Shown here one piece after another: positions 25,875 to 34,625 of a DNA stretch of 64,000 bases. The number at the start of each line of letters is the position of its first letter. Position 1 is the first letter of the stretch. A model generated the notes under the pieces. The model was not told the origin of the DNA. It searched no databases and worked only from the letters and a program-made list of their open reading frames with translations. Origin of the DNA: Prochlorococcus sp. HOT208_60m_813L03 (GTDB lineage Bacteria; Cyanobacteriota; Cyanobacteriia; PCC-6307; Cyanobiaceae); contig MWOQ01000179.1 in NCBI GenBank assembly GCA_002026145.1, forward strand, positions 8,128-72,127, written 5' to 3'. A program made the position numbers and the translations under genes.

Positions 25875-26751
25875 ATTTTTGGCATTTTGGACACCAGTGG
25901 GTACTTCTTCCAGTAATTTTTTGTCTTTCAATTAAATTTCCACATTTACGACATTCTTTTCCAGTTCTCCTATAGACATTTGTCTGTAAACCAAAATTCC
26001 CATTTTCTCCTTCTAAGTCCCTAAAATCACTAAATGTAGTACCTCCAGAACCTATACTTTTTTTTAATACAGTTACAATTGATTCTTTGAGCTTTATTAA
26101 CTCATTCTTTTTTATTGTTCGAGCTTCCCTAAAAGGGGAGATGCCAGCAGAGTATAAACTTTCATCAGCATAAATATTACCTATACCTGCCACTATTGTT
26201 TGATCTAATAAAATAGCTTTTATAGATTTTGTTCTTTTTGAAATAACTTTCTTAAGGTAATTTGCATCAAAGTCTTTAGAAAATGGTTCTGGTCCTAATG
26301 AACCTAATCCTTTTATTATTTTGTTAAGCGATAGGTCTTTATTAATCCACCACATTTGGCCAAAACTTCTTACGTCAATGTACCTAAGCTCATTATTATT
26401 TTTATCGAAAAATCTTATTCTTGTATGTTTACAAGGATGACTTGAGTTTTCAATAAATTTAAAATATCCAGTCATTCTTAGATGAACTACAAGAAATCCG
26501 TTATTTTTTGAATTTTCTACAAGAAATTGGGCATTCTCATTTTGAACTTCTTTTAATTGAGCTATTAAATATTTTCCTCTTCTATCCCATTTATAAATAA
26601 GTGAGTTCAGAAGTCCTTTAATGAATTCTTCTTTTTTTATTGGGAATGCAACAGTTGAATCCCTACAGACTTCTACTTTTTTAATAATAAAGTTATTAAG
26701 TTTTTGCTCTAAACCTCTGCGAACTGTCTCTACTTCTGGTAATTCAGGCAA
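25873..26751 (-). CDS. mutM: Formamidopyrimidine-DNA glycosylase
   Basis: [31 protein letters not shown]-terminal zinc finger. Confidence 0.97.
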   Translation of the reverse strand: MPELPEVETVRRGLEQKLNNFIIKKVEVCRDSTVAFPIKKEEFIKGLLNSLIYKWDRRGKYLIAQLKEVQNENAQFLVENSKNNGFLVVHLRMTGYFKFIENSSHPCKHTRIRFFDKNNNELRYIDVRSFGQMWWINKDLSLNKIIKGLGSLGPEPFSKDFDANYLKKVISKRTKSIKAILLDQTIVAGIGNIYADESLYSAGISPFREARTIKKNELIKLKESIVTVLKKSIGSGGTTFSDFRDLEGENGNFGLQTNVYRRTGKECRKCGNLIERQKITGRSTHWCPKCQK

Positions 26752-26755
26752 TTAT

Positions 26756-26965
26756 TTAAGCTTTCTCTAATTCACTTTCAGCGAAATTATTTGTATTTGC
26801 TCCACCATCAGTTCCGCTTATCCCAGCGTAATTTACTTTATCGAATCTGACTACACAGTTATATTTAATGCCTGAGGTATCTACTGAAGCAACTTTACCA
26901 ATTTCATTATACCAATATGATTCTGGTCTTTTTACTCTTACGAGATCTCCTCTTGAAATAGCCAT
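26756..26965 (-). CDS. psaE: Photosystem I subunit IV
   Basis: [16 protein letters not shown]...VVRFDKVNY...TNNFA. Confidence 0.96.
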   Translation of the reverse strand: MAISRGDLVRVKRPESYWYNEIGKVASVDTSGIKYNCVVRFDKVNYAGISGTDGGANTNNFAESELEKA

Positions 26966-27044
26966 TACTATTAATTTAACTTTTTGTAGAATAACTCATC
27001 ATTAATATTCTTAGACAAATTATTCACACATATTAATTAAAGTT

Positions 27045-27815
27045 TTAACAAAAATCATTTATTAAATTATTTTCGAATTCTTCTTTAACAGGCTTACTTC
27101 CCATCCATTTTCTGCCAGGTATTCTTACGTCTAATTCATTTTTATCACAATTGATTGAAATAATCAGTTTTTTATTTTCTTGATTTAGCACGTTCAAAAC
27201 TTTTCTACCTTTAATATCTTTATATGATTTACTTTCGATAATTATAGGACCATAAATTTTTTTATCTAACTCAATTAAGTCATTATTTTTTTTATTTTCA
27301 GTTGTTTCATATTTTTCTGAATTAGTTGTGTTCTTTTTTCTTAATGTGAGCTTTTGACCAAGTTTAATTGAATCAGGATTATTGATATTATTAATCTCTA
27401 TCAGTTCTTTTACTTTTAAATTATATTTGTTCGATATGTCAGTAAGATTTTCACCAGTTTGAACAATATGATAATTTTTTATTAAATCTGATTGTTTTGT
27501 GAGATTTTCAGAAGATTCGGAGATAATAAGATTTTGGCCAACAATGATATAATTTTCATCTTTTAAGTTATTCAATTTAATAATTAAATCTTTATTAATG
27601 GAATAGAATTTTGAAATACTTGATATTGTATCTCCACTTTTTACAATATGAATTTTTTTTATTTCAGTTTTTTCTTCAGTAATTGATTCTTTTCTAGCAA
27701 TATTCTCAATTTTATTTTGTGATGAAAATACTTTTTCTTTTGATTTTATCAATGAGTGATTAAAAAAATTAATAAATATGGCAATTACTAAAAATGCAAA
27801 TTTCATAAAACTCAT
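27045..27815 (-). CDS. LysM-domain protein (two LysM repeats, signal peptide)
   Basis: HIVKSGDTISSIS and HIVQTGENLTDIS repeats. Confidence 0.85.
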   Translation of the reverse strand: MSFMKFAFLVIAIFINFFNHSLIKSKEKVFSSQNKIENIARKESITEEKTEIKKIHIVKSGDTISSISKFYSINKDLIIKLNNLKDENYIIVGQNLIISESSENLTKQSDLIKNYHIVQTGENLTDISNKYNLKVKELIEINNINNPDSIKLGQKLTLRKKNTTNSEKYETTENKKNNDLIELDKKIYGPIIIESKSYKDIKGRKVLNVLNQENKKLIISINCDKNELDVRIPGRKWMGSKPVKEEFENNLINDFC

Positions 27816-27878
27816 TATTTATTTAAAGATAATCTTTAAATTTAAAATCGCTAGGTTTTTGAAAACAATTTAAGTAAT

Positions 27879-29270
27879 TTAAACCTGAAAAATAAACTTT
27901 AAAAATTTCTTTACTCTTTTATAGGGAGGATACCGCAGATTTGAATCAAATAAAAAACCTTTAAAAGTAATAGATTTTTGATTTGAAAAATTGCGAAAAC
28001 CTTCTTCTCCATGAAATTTACCAATACCACTTTGTCCAACGCCTCCAAAAGGTAAATTTGGAATAAGGACTGGTAACATCACATCATTTATACAAATTGT
28101 TCCAGAGCTGGTTACTTTTGAAATATGATTATGGATTTTTTTATTGCCCCCAAATAAGTAGATTGCTAAGGGTTTTGATGTTTGACTAATCTGTTTTAAA
28201 GCTGATTCCTTATCATTAATTCCAACTACAGGAAGTATTGAACTGAATAATTCTTTCTGCAAAATATCTGTTTCATTTAATTTAGTTCTCAAAATTGTAG
28301 GAGATATTTTCAACTTTTTTTTACTAAAAGTCCCCCCAAATAAAATTCTTTTTTCTTTTTCATATTGTTTGAGAATTTCTACAGTTGATGTAAATTGTTT
28401 TTTCTCTAATCTTGATAGATTTTCGGAAATAATTGGATTATCTCCGTAAAAACTTACTATGTATTTCTTTAACTTTTCTATAAAAATATTTTCAATTTCT
28501 TTATCTACAAAGATATGATTCGGAGCCATGCAGGATTGACCAGAATTAAAAAATTTACCCCAAACAATTCTTTTTGCAGCCACTTCTAAATTTGCATTCT
28601 TGAAAACAATTACAGGATTTGTTCCGCTTAACTCAAGAGTTAATGGAGTCAAGTTATTTGAAGCTAATTTCATTATAGATTTTCCAGTTTCAGTACTTCC
28701 TGTAAAAAAAATGTGGTCAAAATTTTGTTCAATTAATTTTATGGATTGTTTATTATCACCCTCTACTGTCATTAGGACATCTTTACCGAAATATTTGGAA
28801 GTAAGCTTTTTAATGAGTTTTGAGGTCGCAGGACATTTCTCTGATGGTTTTATAACTGCAGTATTTCCTGCTGAGAAAATATTTACCAATGGCTTTAAAA
28901 CATAAAGTAATGGATAATTATAAGGACCAAGAATTAAGACACACCCAAGAGGTTCATAAATAACTTTGGAGGATGATGGAAAAAGATAAAAAGGGGTATC
29001 AATCTTTTTTGGTCGCATCCAAGAATTGAGTTTCTTTTTTATAAGTGAAATTTCTTCTTTCACTAAAAGGATTTCTGAAAGCCCTTCAATTTCAGATTTG
29101 CCGAGATCAACAAAAAGTGATTTAATTATCTCTTTTTTATTTTCATCCAAAAGTTTCGAAACTATATTGATATGATGAATCCGCCATCTTATATCTGCAG
29201 TTTTACCAGTGAGAACTGTATTTTTTAATTTATAGATGTCTTCTAAATGAAATTTATCAGAAATTTTCAT
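27879..29270 (-). CDS. Aldehyde dehydrogenase (ALDH3-like)
   Basis: EPLG, PYNYP, KPSE, FFTGS, TLELSG, GQSC, PFGGVGQSG. Confidence 0.92.
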   Translation of the reverse strand: MKISDKFHLEDIYKLKNTVLTGKTADIRWRIHHINIVSKLLDENKKEIIKSLFVDLGKSEIEGLSEILLVKEEISLIKKKLNSWMRPKKIDTPFYLFPSSSKVIYEPLGCVLILGPYNYPLLYVLKPLVNIFSAGNTAVIKPSEKCPATSKLIKKLTSKYFGKDVLMTVEGDNKQSIKLIEQNFDHIFFTGSTETGKSIMKLASNNLTPLTLELSGTNPVIVFKNANLEVAAKRIVWGKFFNSGQSCMAPNHIFVDKEIENIFIEKLKKYIVSFYGDNPIISENLSRLEKKQFTSTVEILKQYEKEKRILFGGTFSKKKLKISPTILRTKLNETDILQKELFSSILPVVGINDKESALKQISQTSKPLAIYLFGGNKKIHNHISKVTSSGTICINDVMLPVLIPNLPFGGVGQSGIGKFHGEEGFRNFSNQKSITFKGFLFDSNLRYPPYKRVKKFLKFIFQV

Positions 29271-29426
29271 TTTTTACCTTTGAATAGTATTAAATATATC
29301 AGAGGATAAATTGTAAATAACTAAGGTTTTTAGGTAGTTAAATCAAAGCGAATGATTTATCAGAAATAATCAAATTTATTAATATTGCATTTAAAAATTC
29401 AAATTTTTCTTGGTTAGTATATTTCT

Positions 29427-30317
29427 ATGAGGGAAAATTTTTCAATTAGATTGATATCTATAAATGAAATACCAGAAGTTACAAACTGGGCAAGGTTAGA
29501 AGGATTTTCTCCTGGAATGGATGATTTATCAATTTATAGAAATACAGATAAACAAGGGGTATGGGTAGCTTGTCTAGACAATAATCCTATAGGCTCTATT
29601 GCGTGTATAAAATATAATGCCTCGTATGGTTTTATAGGTTTATTTATCGTTAAAAAAGAATTCCGGAATAATGGATATGGAGTGAGATTATGGAAACATG
29701 CCCTCGAATATTTGAAAAATGTTGATTGTATTGGTCTTGAGGCTGCCCCAGATAGATTAAATGATTATGCAAAGTGGGGGTTTAGAAAATCTTCCATTAC
29801 AAATCGATGGAAATTAAATGGTTCTCAAGATTTGCCATTGAGAAATTTCTATAAAGATCAATTTCATTCTTTTAAAGTTGTCCAGGGTAATAAAATTTCT
29901 TCTGAAGCAGTCTTAATTTATGATGATCAAAGAGAACCTAGTCCCAGGCCACATTTTCTAAATGACTGGTTGAAAAATTCTCATGGTAATGTCAGTGCAA
30001 TTGTCGATAATAATGGAATGTGCCATGGATTTGGCAGGATAAGACCTTGTGTATTGGAGGATAATGAGCAAGGCTGGAGAATTGGCCCACTTTTAGCTGA
30101 TACTCCACCACTTGCTGAATTATTAATAAGGGAGTTAGTTGGTGATTTAGATGCTCAAATCTTATTGGATTGCTCTAATCTGAACCCTTATGCAAATTAT
30201 CTTTTATCAAGTTTGGGATTTGAGGAAATATCAAAAACTTACAGAATGTATAAAGGCATTCAACCTCCCTGCCCTATGAATCAAGTATATGGACTTGCCT
30301 GCTTGGAACTGGGGTGA
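29427..30317 (+). CDS. GNAT N-acetyltransferase (YitH-like C-terminal domain)
   Basis: FIGLFIVKKEFRNNGYG acetyl-CoA motif; RIGPLLAD; C-terminal LELG. Confidence 0.8.
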   Translation: MRENFSIRLISINEIPEVTNWARLEGFSPGMDDLSIYRNTDKQGVWVACLDNNPIGSIACIKYNASYGFIGLFIVKKEFRNNGYGVRLWKHALEYLKNVDCIGLEAAPDRLNDYAKWGFRKSSITNRWKLNGSQDLPLRNFYKDQFHSFKVVQGNKISSEAVLIYDDQREPSPRPHFLNDWLKNSHGNVSAIVDNNGMCHGFGRIRPCVLEDNEQGWRIGPLLADTPPLAELLIRELVGDLDAQILLDCSNLNPYANYLLSSLGFEEISKTYRMYKGIQPPCPMNQVYGLACLELG

Positions 30318-30383
30318 TTTCCTTTAAAGCGTTCATTTCCCCTTTTGTTTCTGTAATACTGAAAGAATTTTGTTTGATTAAGA

Positions 30384-30632
30384 TTAACTTCCAGAAGATT
30401 TCAAAATTTTTTCTACAATATCGGCGTTGATTATAGTGATCTCTCCATTGTCAATATTGGCAACTTGAAACAAGGTCCATGAATTTGGATTTCTAGCTCC
30501 TCCAATACAGTCGATAACTTGACCGACCCAATAATTTTCATCTTTTTCCTTAGTATCTTCGCAATTTTCTTTTTTAATTGCGACATAATCACCAGACCTA
30601 ACGAAAAGAAACTCAGGAGTTGCTAAGCTCAC
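30384..30632 (-). CDS. DUF3104-like protein
   Basis: FLFVRSGD.V, WVGQVI.C.GGARNP, LFQVANID.G.I..INAD.V pattern recognised from memory. Confidence 0.75.
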   Translation of the reverse strand: MSLATPEFLFVRSGDYVAIKKENCEDTKEKDENYWVGQVIDCIGGARNPNSWTLFQVANIDNGEITIINADIVEKILKSSGS

Positions 30633-30645
30633 AATAAATAGCTAA

Positions 30646-30661
30646 TAGTATGTACGTACTA
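30646..30661. promoter_or_regulatory. Putative LexA (SOS) box
   Basis: TAGTATGTACGTACTA versus picocyanobacterial consensus TAGTAC-N4-GTACTA (one mismatch), 13 bp upstream of the DUF3104-like start. Confidence 0.6.
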
Positions 30662-30729
30662 TAGTAAGTTATTAGTTTTGTTGCAGAACTTTGAATTATT
30701 TAGCAAACTAGGGGTAATTCAAAAATAAA

Positions 30730-30822
30730 ATGGAATCAACTGAAATTGCTATATTTTCAACATTATTGGGGTTAATCTTAGCTTTAACTGACGCTTATAT
30801 AGAAAGAAATATTCCTGGATAA
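30730..30822 (+). CDS. Microprotein (30 aa, single TM)
   Basis: MESTEIAIFSTLLGLILALTDAYIERNIPG*. Confidence 0.45.
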   Translation: MESTEIAIFSTLLGLILALTDAYIERNIPG

Positions 30823-30839
30823 TATTTCCAATTCATTTT

Positions 30840-30971
30840 TTAAATTAAATAAGATTTAAGCTGGTCTAATATGTCGGCACGGTTGGAAACTAACTTTGTA
30901 AAAACTAAATATATCAACCCTCCCATTGCGAGCCTTCCGTTAATTTTTTCTAACTGCTTTAGTTTTCTCAA
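30840..30971 (-). CDS. hli: High-light-inducible protein (HLIP)-like microprotein (43 aa)
   Basis: TTG start; MRKLKQLEKINGRLAMGGLIYLVFTKLVSNRADILDQLKSYLI* contains the ExxNGRxAM chlorophyll-binding motif. Confidence 0.65.
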   Translation of the reverse strand: MRKLKQLEKINGRLAMGGLIYLVFTKLVSNRADILDQLKSYLI

Positions 30972-31084
30972 AAATTACCCTTGCTGTTAAATAAAATCTA
31001 AAGGGTATAGGAAATAAAAAAGTATTGATTACTTCAAAATTAAAAAAAAATTTTTAGAAAAATTATTTCAAACACGAATTAAAT

Positions 31085-31222
31085 TTAAAGCCAAGCTTTT
31101 TTCATCTCAAGATAAAGTCTCTCGCTCTCAGCAGAATTAATTTTGCTGTCCGAATAGGATTGTTGCTGTTGCTGTTGCTGCTGCTGAGTTGAGTTAGTAT
31201 TAGAATTTTGGACTTCGCTCAT
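31085..31222 (-). CDS. Poly-glutamine microprotein (45 aa)
   Basis: MSEVQNSNTNST-Q9-SYSDSKINSAESERLYLEMKKAWL*. Confidence 0.55.
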   Translation of the reverse strand: MSEVQNSNTNSTQQQQQQQQQSYSDSKINSAESERLYLEMKKAWL

Positions 31223-31338
31223 TAGAGGGACTTAATAATTGTGTTTATTCTCTCATATTTAAAGCTTTTTTTGTCAACTTAAATTCTTAAATTTTATTTA
31301 AATTTTCTACGTTTTTAATTTTCCTGTTTTGAGTGAAT

Positions 31339-31440
31339 TTATTTGGCTATTGTAGTTTTTGTATATAGGAATTTAACTTCCCAATATACAATTCCTAGGA
31401 AGATAGCACTTGCAATAATAATTTCAGAAATAGCTAACAT
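31339..31440 (-). CDS. Microprotein (33 aa, single TM)
   Basis: MLAISEIIIASAIFLGIVYWEVKFLYTKTTIAK*. Confidence 0.5.
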   Translation of the reverse strand: MLAISEIIIASAIFLGIVYWEVKFLYTKTTIAK

Positions 31441-31586
31441 TTGATTCTCAATACTAATTTAATTTTGGTATCAATTTACACAGAATGCAATAGGTACAAA
31501 TTACATTTTAGATCTTAAAAAATCTTATTTAATAAAATAACGCGTCGAAATAATATAAAATTTTAAGTTAGATACACATTATTTCC

Positions 31587-32021
31587 GTGGGAAATTTCAT
31601 AAATTCAACAACTCTTATACCTTTAATACCTTTAGTAACCTCTTTATTTATTCTTATTTTATTGGCAAGTTTTAACAGAACACTTAACAGGTTAACAAAA
31701 CCAGTTACTGCACTGGTTGCATTATCTTTATTAAGTTCTGCTTTTATAAGCTCATTTGACTATTTTAAGAAAATAGAAGAGGAATTAGTTTTATCTGAAT
31801 TTCTCAAATTTTTTGAAGAAAAAAATTTAGTTATACATCTCAATTTAGTAAATGAAAAAATTATAATTTTTTTCTCATTAATAATGATATTAATTATTGG
31901 AATATCTTTTTATAAATTGCCTAGAAACAAAGGTTATGTCTCATTAATGATTAGCCTAGGATTAATTTCTTCTTCTGTGATGCTCTCAATATTGCTTATA
32001 GATTTCTCAGCACTAATCTAA
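31587..32021 (+). CDS. Membrane protein resembling the NdhF/NuoL N-terminal region
   Basis: LIPLIPL..SL.I N-terminus, several TM segments; only 144 aa. Confidence 0.55.
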   Translation: MGNFINSTTLIPLIPLVTSLFILILLASFNRTLNRLTKPVTALVALSLLSSAFISSFDYFKKIEEELVLSEFLKFFEEKNLVIHLNLVNEKIIIFFSLIMILIIGISFYKLPRNKGYVSLMISLGLISSSVMLSILLIDFSALI

Positions 32022-32527
32022 CCTGTTGTAAGCATTGACAAAGCTTGGTTAAGTTCTTGGACATGATTTAATTCATCTTGAGCAATTTCTTTTATTTTTT
32101 GATCATTTGGATTATCTATTAGATATTTGGAATAAGTTTCAAATGCATGTTCTTCGATTTTTATGTTGACATCATAAGCATTAGCTGGAGAGAGGAAATA
32201 ATAAAAAACCATGATCCAGTAATAGACAAGCACAAGGTGTCTCGCAAAAAATCTATCAATCCAGAACCTATCTCCTCCTCTTTTCTCCATTTCTTTAAGA
32301 TGCTCAGTTTCGTTAATAGCTTGATAAAAATGTTCTTTCATTAAAATCATTGTTTTCTCATTTTTAATTCCTAGGGATTCTTTAAAATGAAGAACTGAAA
32401 GAAATGCAAAATAAGGTGATCTAGCTATAACTTCTAAAACCCAAAATCTTTGTAAAGATCTACCAGAGTATATGAAGTCTAAGAAGTTAACTGTACTATT
32501 CAAAATCAAAGAATTTAATTTCTTCAT
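32018..32527 (-). CDS. Plastoquinol terminal oxidase (PTOX, AOX family)
   Basis: RFWVLEVIARSPYF, NETEHL, EEHAFETY, DELNH di-iron motifs. Confidence 0.92.
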   Translation of the reverse strand: MKKLNSLILNSTVNFLDFIYSGRSLQRFWVLEVIARSPYFAFLSVLHFKESLGIKNEKTMILMKEHFYQAINETEHLKEMEKRGGDRFWIDRFFARHLVLVYYWIMVFYYFLSPANAYDVNIKIEEHAFETYSKYLIDNPNDQKIKEIAQDELNHVQELNQALSMLTTG

Positions 32528-32682
32528 AAATTAAGCTTTTCTTTAAGCATAATTACTTAGTCGCTGGAGGGCAATAATGTACTGAAGTAATTAACCAAAA
32601 ATTAATCTTTATAGTCTAAAAATTGTTACTTTCATTGAAATATTTTTTTTTCATGCATTAATTGGATAGATAAAAATTTTTT

Positions 32683-32823
32683 ATGACAACTACTGAAAAA
32701 ATTGCAAATGCTAAAAAGAGGATTGATGAATTAGAAAGACTTATAAAATATTGGAATGATTCAGACCATGATGAGGCAAAAATAGTAAATTTTTCGAGGA
32801 ACATTGAAAATAAAGTTGCTTAG
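32683..32823 (+). CDS. Small coiled-coil protein (46 aa)
   Basis: MTTTEKIANAKKRIDELERLIKYWNDSDHDEAKIVNFSRNIENKVA*. Confidence 0.55.
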   Translation: MTTTEKIANAKKRIDELERLIKYWNDSDHDEAKIVNFSRNIENKVA

Positions 32824-33096
32824 ATTGTGATGATTAAGGCTGATTAACTTTATCTACTTAAAGTGATTTAATATCTTTGAGGTTTCGAATATTGTTGAAT
32901 TTATAAATAGAGCAATTAAACCTATTCTCAAAAACGGTAAGGAAGAAATAATCTAAAAGAAAAATCAATATGAAAACTTTTTCAAAACAATATTTAGTGC
33001 CGATTAAATTTATACCATGGGTTTTTTGGGTATTAATATCTTTTATGAGTATATATTTGTGTAAGATAGCCTGGGTAAATTGAATAATTAATGGAT

Positions 33097-33405
33097 CTAG
33101 CTTCTCCTTAGCCAACCAGGAGCACCGCCAAACCAATCCGATATATCATCTTCATTTGGGTTGAAATGATTTTCTTTATCTAGTCCATCTATCCCAAATG
33201 ATTGTATGAGGTTATCAATCCCCCTATCATTTTTTGTACCATTCCTTCTAAAGCTGTTAGCTTTTTTCAGCCAAAGAGATATTGTCGAATTATGGTGTGC
33301 AAATTTCTCAACATATATCCTTTCTTCTAATGTAATTGATTTATCTTGAACAATTCTTTTAATTATTCCTTGAATTTTTAGTCTTTTTGCATTGCTAAGA
33401 AGCAT
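33097..33405 (-). CDS. Hypothetical protein
   Basis: ORF track; ATG start; ITLEERIY and DWFGGAPGWLRRS look like conserved segments. Confidence 0.7.
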   Translation of the reverse strand: MLLSNAKRLKIQGIIKRIVQDKSITLEERIYVEKFAHHNSTISLWLKKANSFRRNGTKNDRGIDNLIQSFGIDGLDKENHFNPNEDDISDWFGGAPGWLRRS

Positions 33406-33662
33406 TTTTGATCAACTTATTATTCTTTTTATAGGAATGATTACTAAATATATATCTTGTCAATGTTAATTTCAACAAATTAACTATTTTAAGAGGTTTT
33501 TAAACAAGAAAAGTCTTAAGACACTAAAAAAAGGGATCAATAAGTTACTTATGATACTTTTATTCATTTATCAAACTTACATTTCCTGCAAATTAGATAA
33601 AAAAACAATCCATTCTCAAAGACACTTTAAAATTAAGAAAATTTGATACAGTTGTTGCATAA

Positions 33663-33698
33663 TGGTAAATTTGTACTATCATTAGTACAGATGTATTA
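33663..33698. promoter_or_regulatory. Tandem putative LexA boxes
   Basis: TGGTAAATTTGTACTA (33663-33678) and TAGTACAGATGTATTA (33683-33698), just upstream of the ORF at 33706. Confidence 0.55.
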
Positions 33699-33705
33699 TT
33701 AAGAT

Positions 33706-33912
33706 ATGAAAATGATTTCATCTTCTCCTTATGCCCCTTTTAATTCAAAAGAGTGGAATTCTCTAATAAGCAAAAATGTAAAGTTTGAAAATACACCAAT
33801 AAAGATTCAAAAAAAATTTTATAGAACTTTTACTCTAAAAAAGATTGAAAAAGATAAACTTTTGCAAGAGAAGAATGAATTGCACCAACAAATGCAACTT
33901 GTATTAGGATAG
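33706..33912 (+). CDS. Hypothetical protein (68 aa)
   Basis: ORF track; preceded by LexA-like boxes. Confidence 0.55.
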   Translation: MKMISSSPYAPFNSKEWNSLISKNVKFENTPIKIQKKFYRTFTLKKIEKDKLLQEKNELHQQMQLVLG

Positions 33913-34002
33913 AAAAATATTAACTAACAATCTTTTTATTGAATATTATTTTACGAGATCCAATTTTTTGTTAGATTAGTAGAAATACAAGAAGGATTTA
34001 AT

Positions 34003-34293
34003 TTGGCTGTTGATCGAGAACTTTTAAAAGAAGTTACCCAAGAACTTTGGAATACCGTAAAAAAACTAAGACCTGAAATAGATCGGCAAACTCGACTTCA
34101 ATTAGTTTTAAAGGCCTTATTAACTATTGGAGATTTACCAGATCAAATGCAAGCTGCCATGGTAGTAGGTGTTTGCGCAGAAATGGATAAAAGTGATGTT
34201 GATAATGTTGAAACTAATTCACAAACTAAAGATTCAAACCGAGTTGATGCTTCTACAGGCAGAAAAGTAGTTAGAAGAAGTTCAGCTAAATAA
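34003..34293 (+). CDS. Hypothetical protein
   Basis: ORF track; TTG start with AAGGA upstream. Confidence 0.7.
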   Translation: MAVDRELLKEVTQELWNTVKKLRPEIDRQTRLQLVLKALLTIGDLPDQMQAAMVVGVCAEMDKSDVDNVETNSQTKDSNRVDASTGRKVVRRSSAK

Positions 34294-34304
34294 ACCTTAA
34301 ACGA

Positions 34305-34508
34305 TTATCCTTTAATTTTTTTTGATTCGTTTTTATTAATTCTATTGAATAGGTAATATGAAATTACAAGTAAGAGAGGAACGAATATTGAATGTAAAGT
34401 CATCATTAATTCTGCTTGGCCCATTCCTATAAGATTTGACTCGTTTGGAAGTTGTTCTGACCAAGTGCCAACTAAATGCCAGGCTTGAGGAATTGATAAG
34501 AAAAACAT
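34305..34508 (-). CDS. Small membrane protein
   Basis: ORF track; C-terminal TM segment. Confidence 0.6.
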   Translation of the reverse strand: MFFLSIPQAWHLVGTWSEQLPNESNLIGMGQAELMMTLHSIFVPLLLVISYYLFNRINKNESKKIKG

Positions 34509-34625
34509 ATAAGAGCTATAAGTTAAGTTTATGTTCAGATAAAGATTATCATTATTGAAGGTTTTTGCTTTCTTTATTCTTATTTCTTAACTAAGTATTT
34601 GTAGAGTTATAAAAAAGAACTTGAT

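Noticed and set aside
32858..33136. 92-aa track ORF
   Set aside because: Overlaps the upstream gene out of frame and has no convincing start or composition.
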